The translations under genes and the position numbers were made by a program. A stretch of DNA of 21,424 bases, taken from Azolla caroliniana. Lineage: Eukaryota; Plantae; Polypodiophyta. Positions 19,237 through 21,424 of the stretch are shown piece after piece (position 1 is the stretch's first letter; every line of letters starts with the position of its first letter). The stretch covers positions 1 to 21,424 of the forward strand of contig JBHGNT010000531.1 of assembly GCA_043228905.1 (NCBI GenBank), in the 5' to 3' direction. The notes under the pieces were generated by a model that had not been told where the DNA came from, made no database searches, and was given only the letters and a program-made list of their open reading frames with translations.

Positions 19237-21058
19237 ATGTCCTCAACATCGAGTAGAATATCTCTATTTTCTATGGACCCTTTTACATTATCTAACAACT
19301 TGTTATTCTCAATCGATGCGTACAACCACCTAGGTGTTCAAAACGGCCAACATCAAATGTCAAATTGTGATGTTGTGCATAGACCAAACTCACTTTTTTC
19401 GACCAAGCCTTTGAACTCATGTGGTATCCAAAAGAGCAAACTTGTTGCAAACAATGAAAGGGTCGTTGATACGTCCAGTGACGAGGGTTGTGTAAATCAG
19501 CCTCTCACTTGTAGAAGAATTCGTCGGCAAGTTAATGTCAAAAGATTTAACTTTTTGTGTTCGGATCGTCAAATTGCATTTGATACAAACAAGTCATGTT
19601 GTGGGAATCTTTACCTTTCTAAATTTGGAAAGGCAAATTTGAGGGGATTGCGACAAAACTATTTGTCACTTAATGATGACGAACAAGATACTTTTCTGAT
19701 TTCACATATGCATCTTGTAAAGGACCATACAACATGACCAAGTTCAATGCATGTTGAATATTACCTTGCACTAAATACTAAGTGTTGTCGAGTTGCTTTC
19801 AAAATTGCTTATAGCATTGGTAACATGAGGCTCCAGAGAATTCAACTACAACTAGTAAAGGGTTCATGGGTACCTTTTGACAATAATGCATCTAGATGTA
19901 AGGGTTTGGTTAGTCGCCAATCTGTTAGGTGGATGGAGATATATTTCTCAAAGCAATGTGATATTATGCCTATTACTGGTAGATTACATTTGTCAGATAA
20001 CTTCACTCGTCGTGAGGTATACCAAGCGTATAAGGATGACATGTTGTTAAAATTTGTAGCTTACATACAATATCGACATTTCAATCGATTATGGAGGTTG
20101 TAGTTTAACAATGTGGTTATACCGCATAAGGTCTGAATGGGTGTTTGTTCTATATGTGCACATTTGAAAAACATGGAAAAAAGTGGGAGGGTTGATGAAG
20201 AAATAAAGAATTATAAGGATTTATTAAAAGAGCATCAAGAAAGTCAAGCGTTGAAACGATCTAAAGCTATGCACCAGCAACAAAAAGCGCTTCAATCACC
20301 GGAGACGTACATGTGCTTGATTATAGATGGCATGAATCAGAAGAAGTCTTGTTTGCCACACTTTCAAAGGTTGTCGAAGGATATTGGAGATGAATGTCTT
20401 GTACAAATGCATTTAGTAGATTGTTTGTTGTATCTTTAGGCAATAAGGCCTCAAGTCTTCCTAACTATCGTAATATCCACAACGACCCTAATCTTACAGT
20501 CACAGTCATGCAAAAAGTGTTACAGTCTTGGCAAGGTATTCTCCTGCTAGTACTATATGTGCAACTCGACAACACGACCAGAGAAAACAAAAACTCGATT
20601 ATGTTCAGTTATTAAAGCATCCTAGTAGAGAGGGGCATATTTAAAAAGATTAAGGTCAACCTCTTACTAGTTGGTCATACCCATGATCATATAGATCAAA
20701 TGTTTCATAGGTTCTCAAAGAAATTAGCGAGATGTGATGCTTTCATGCTTCCTAACTGTCAAAGTTGATCATTGAAGGTTATACCCCAAAGCCAGAAGTA
20801 CAACAATTGGATGAAGTTTATGATTTTAAACGCTTCTACGTGGATGGTGATGGAACTCAAAGTAGGGTTCTTGCACCACTTAATAATATAAGTTTTAACC
20901 CTGTCTTCCTCATAAAAAGAAGTTCTATGAGCCACAACCAAATGTTGTTGTATGACAAACAATACTCATCTAGCTCACAATGGGAACCACAAGAGGGTCA
21001 GGCTCTTATTGCGTGTTCTAGGTGCGAAAATCCATGGTGCAGATCAAATGTCATATGA
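19237..21058 (+). pseudogene. Decayed Sola-like (DUF7869-type) DDD transposase
   Basis: ORFs 19237, 19747 and 20137 share one frame broken by TGA/TAG/TGA. Motifs CCRVAFKIAYSIG, CSIC, CLIIDGMNQKK, LYVQLDNTTRENKN, LLVGHTHDHIDQMF. The family label is from recall. Confidence 0.75.
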
Positions 21059-21107
21059 CGACCATAAAATATTGGCTACAAGTTGGTTCAATTTGCATGA
21101 GCTATAA

Positions 21108-21424
21108 GTTGGTATGTTGGTTGCAACATTAGTTGGGGGTGATGAGTTGGGTCATCCCTTTTGGATTGCTAAAATTCTTGAAATTATTAAGGATGAACAA
21201 GGCAATCAAGTTCAGTCCATTGTGGTTCATTGGTATCATACCTCTTCCCCAAATGCATTTACTAGTAAGTACTCTTTAGAGATGGCTAAGGATGTCAGAG
21301 GCACAAGCAAAAAGCGGAGAAGAAAGAATCTATCGAGCACGTCTACCCTCACACTTGACAATGTAGACATACTAGTGTATGACTTCTCCTTGACCAAAAC
21401 ATGTCATCTAAGACAAACCACAAT
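21108..21424 (+). pseudogene. BAH-like domain with basic NLS-like patch, probably the transposase C-terminus; open to the window end
   Basis: EL*VGMLVATL...HPFWIAKILEIIKD...SIVVHWYH...KKRRRK...ILVYDFSLTKT. Absent from the ORF track because it has no stop in the window. Confidence 0.5.

Overview
This is eukaryotic, transposon-dense DNA with no recognisable host gene. The mix of element lineages suggests a moss such as Physcomitrium; that is an inference. Most of the window is a nest of LTR retrotransposons. An old minus-strand copia element (PBS and gag start at 16099-16271) was hit by a minus-strand Tcn1/Tf1-like gypsy element (5' LTR 15648-16098; gag-PR-RT-RH-INT runs off the left edge). The RT of that gypsy was hit twice, about 60 bp apart. 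One insertion is a degenerate, internally deleted Tnt1/Tork-like copia (8986-13377). The other is a very young full-length non-chromovirus gypsy (1665-8919) with near-identical LTRs, a 4-bp TSD, a tRNA-Trp PBS and gag-PR/pol joined by a GGATTTT slippery site plus a predicted H-type pseudoknot. The right end holds further LTR debris, a short relic resembling a bacterial-type amino (N4C/N6A) DNA methyltransferase (LLIVDIPYG), an array of seven 31-bp palindromes, and a decayed Sola-like DDD transposase followed by a BAH-like domain. The most intriguing, unproven, hypothesis is a DNA transposon carrying chromatin reader/writer cargo. All family names come from motif recognition by eye; no database search was run.
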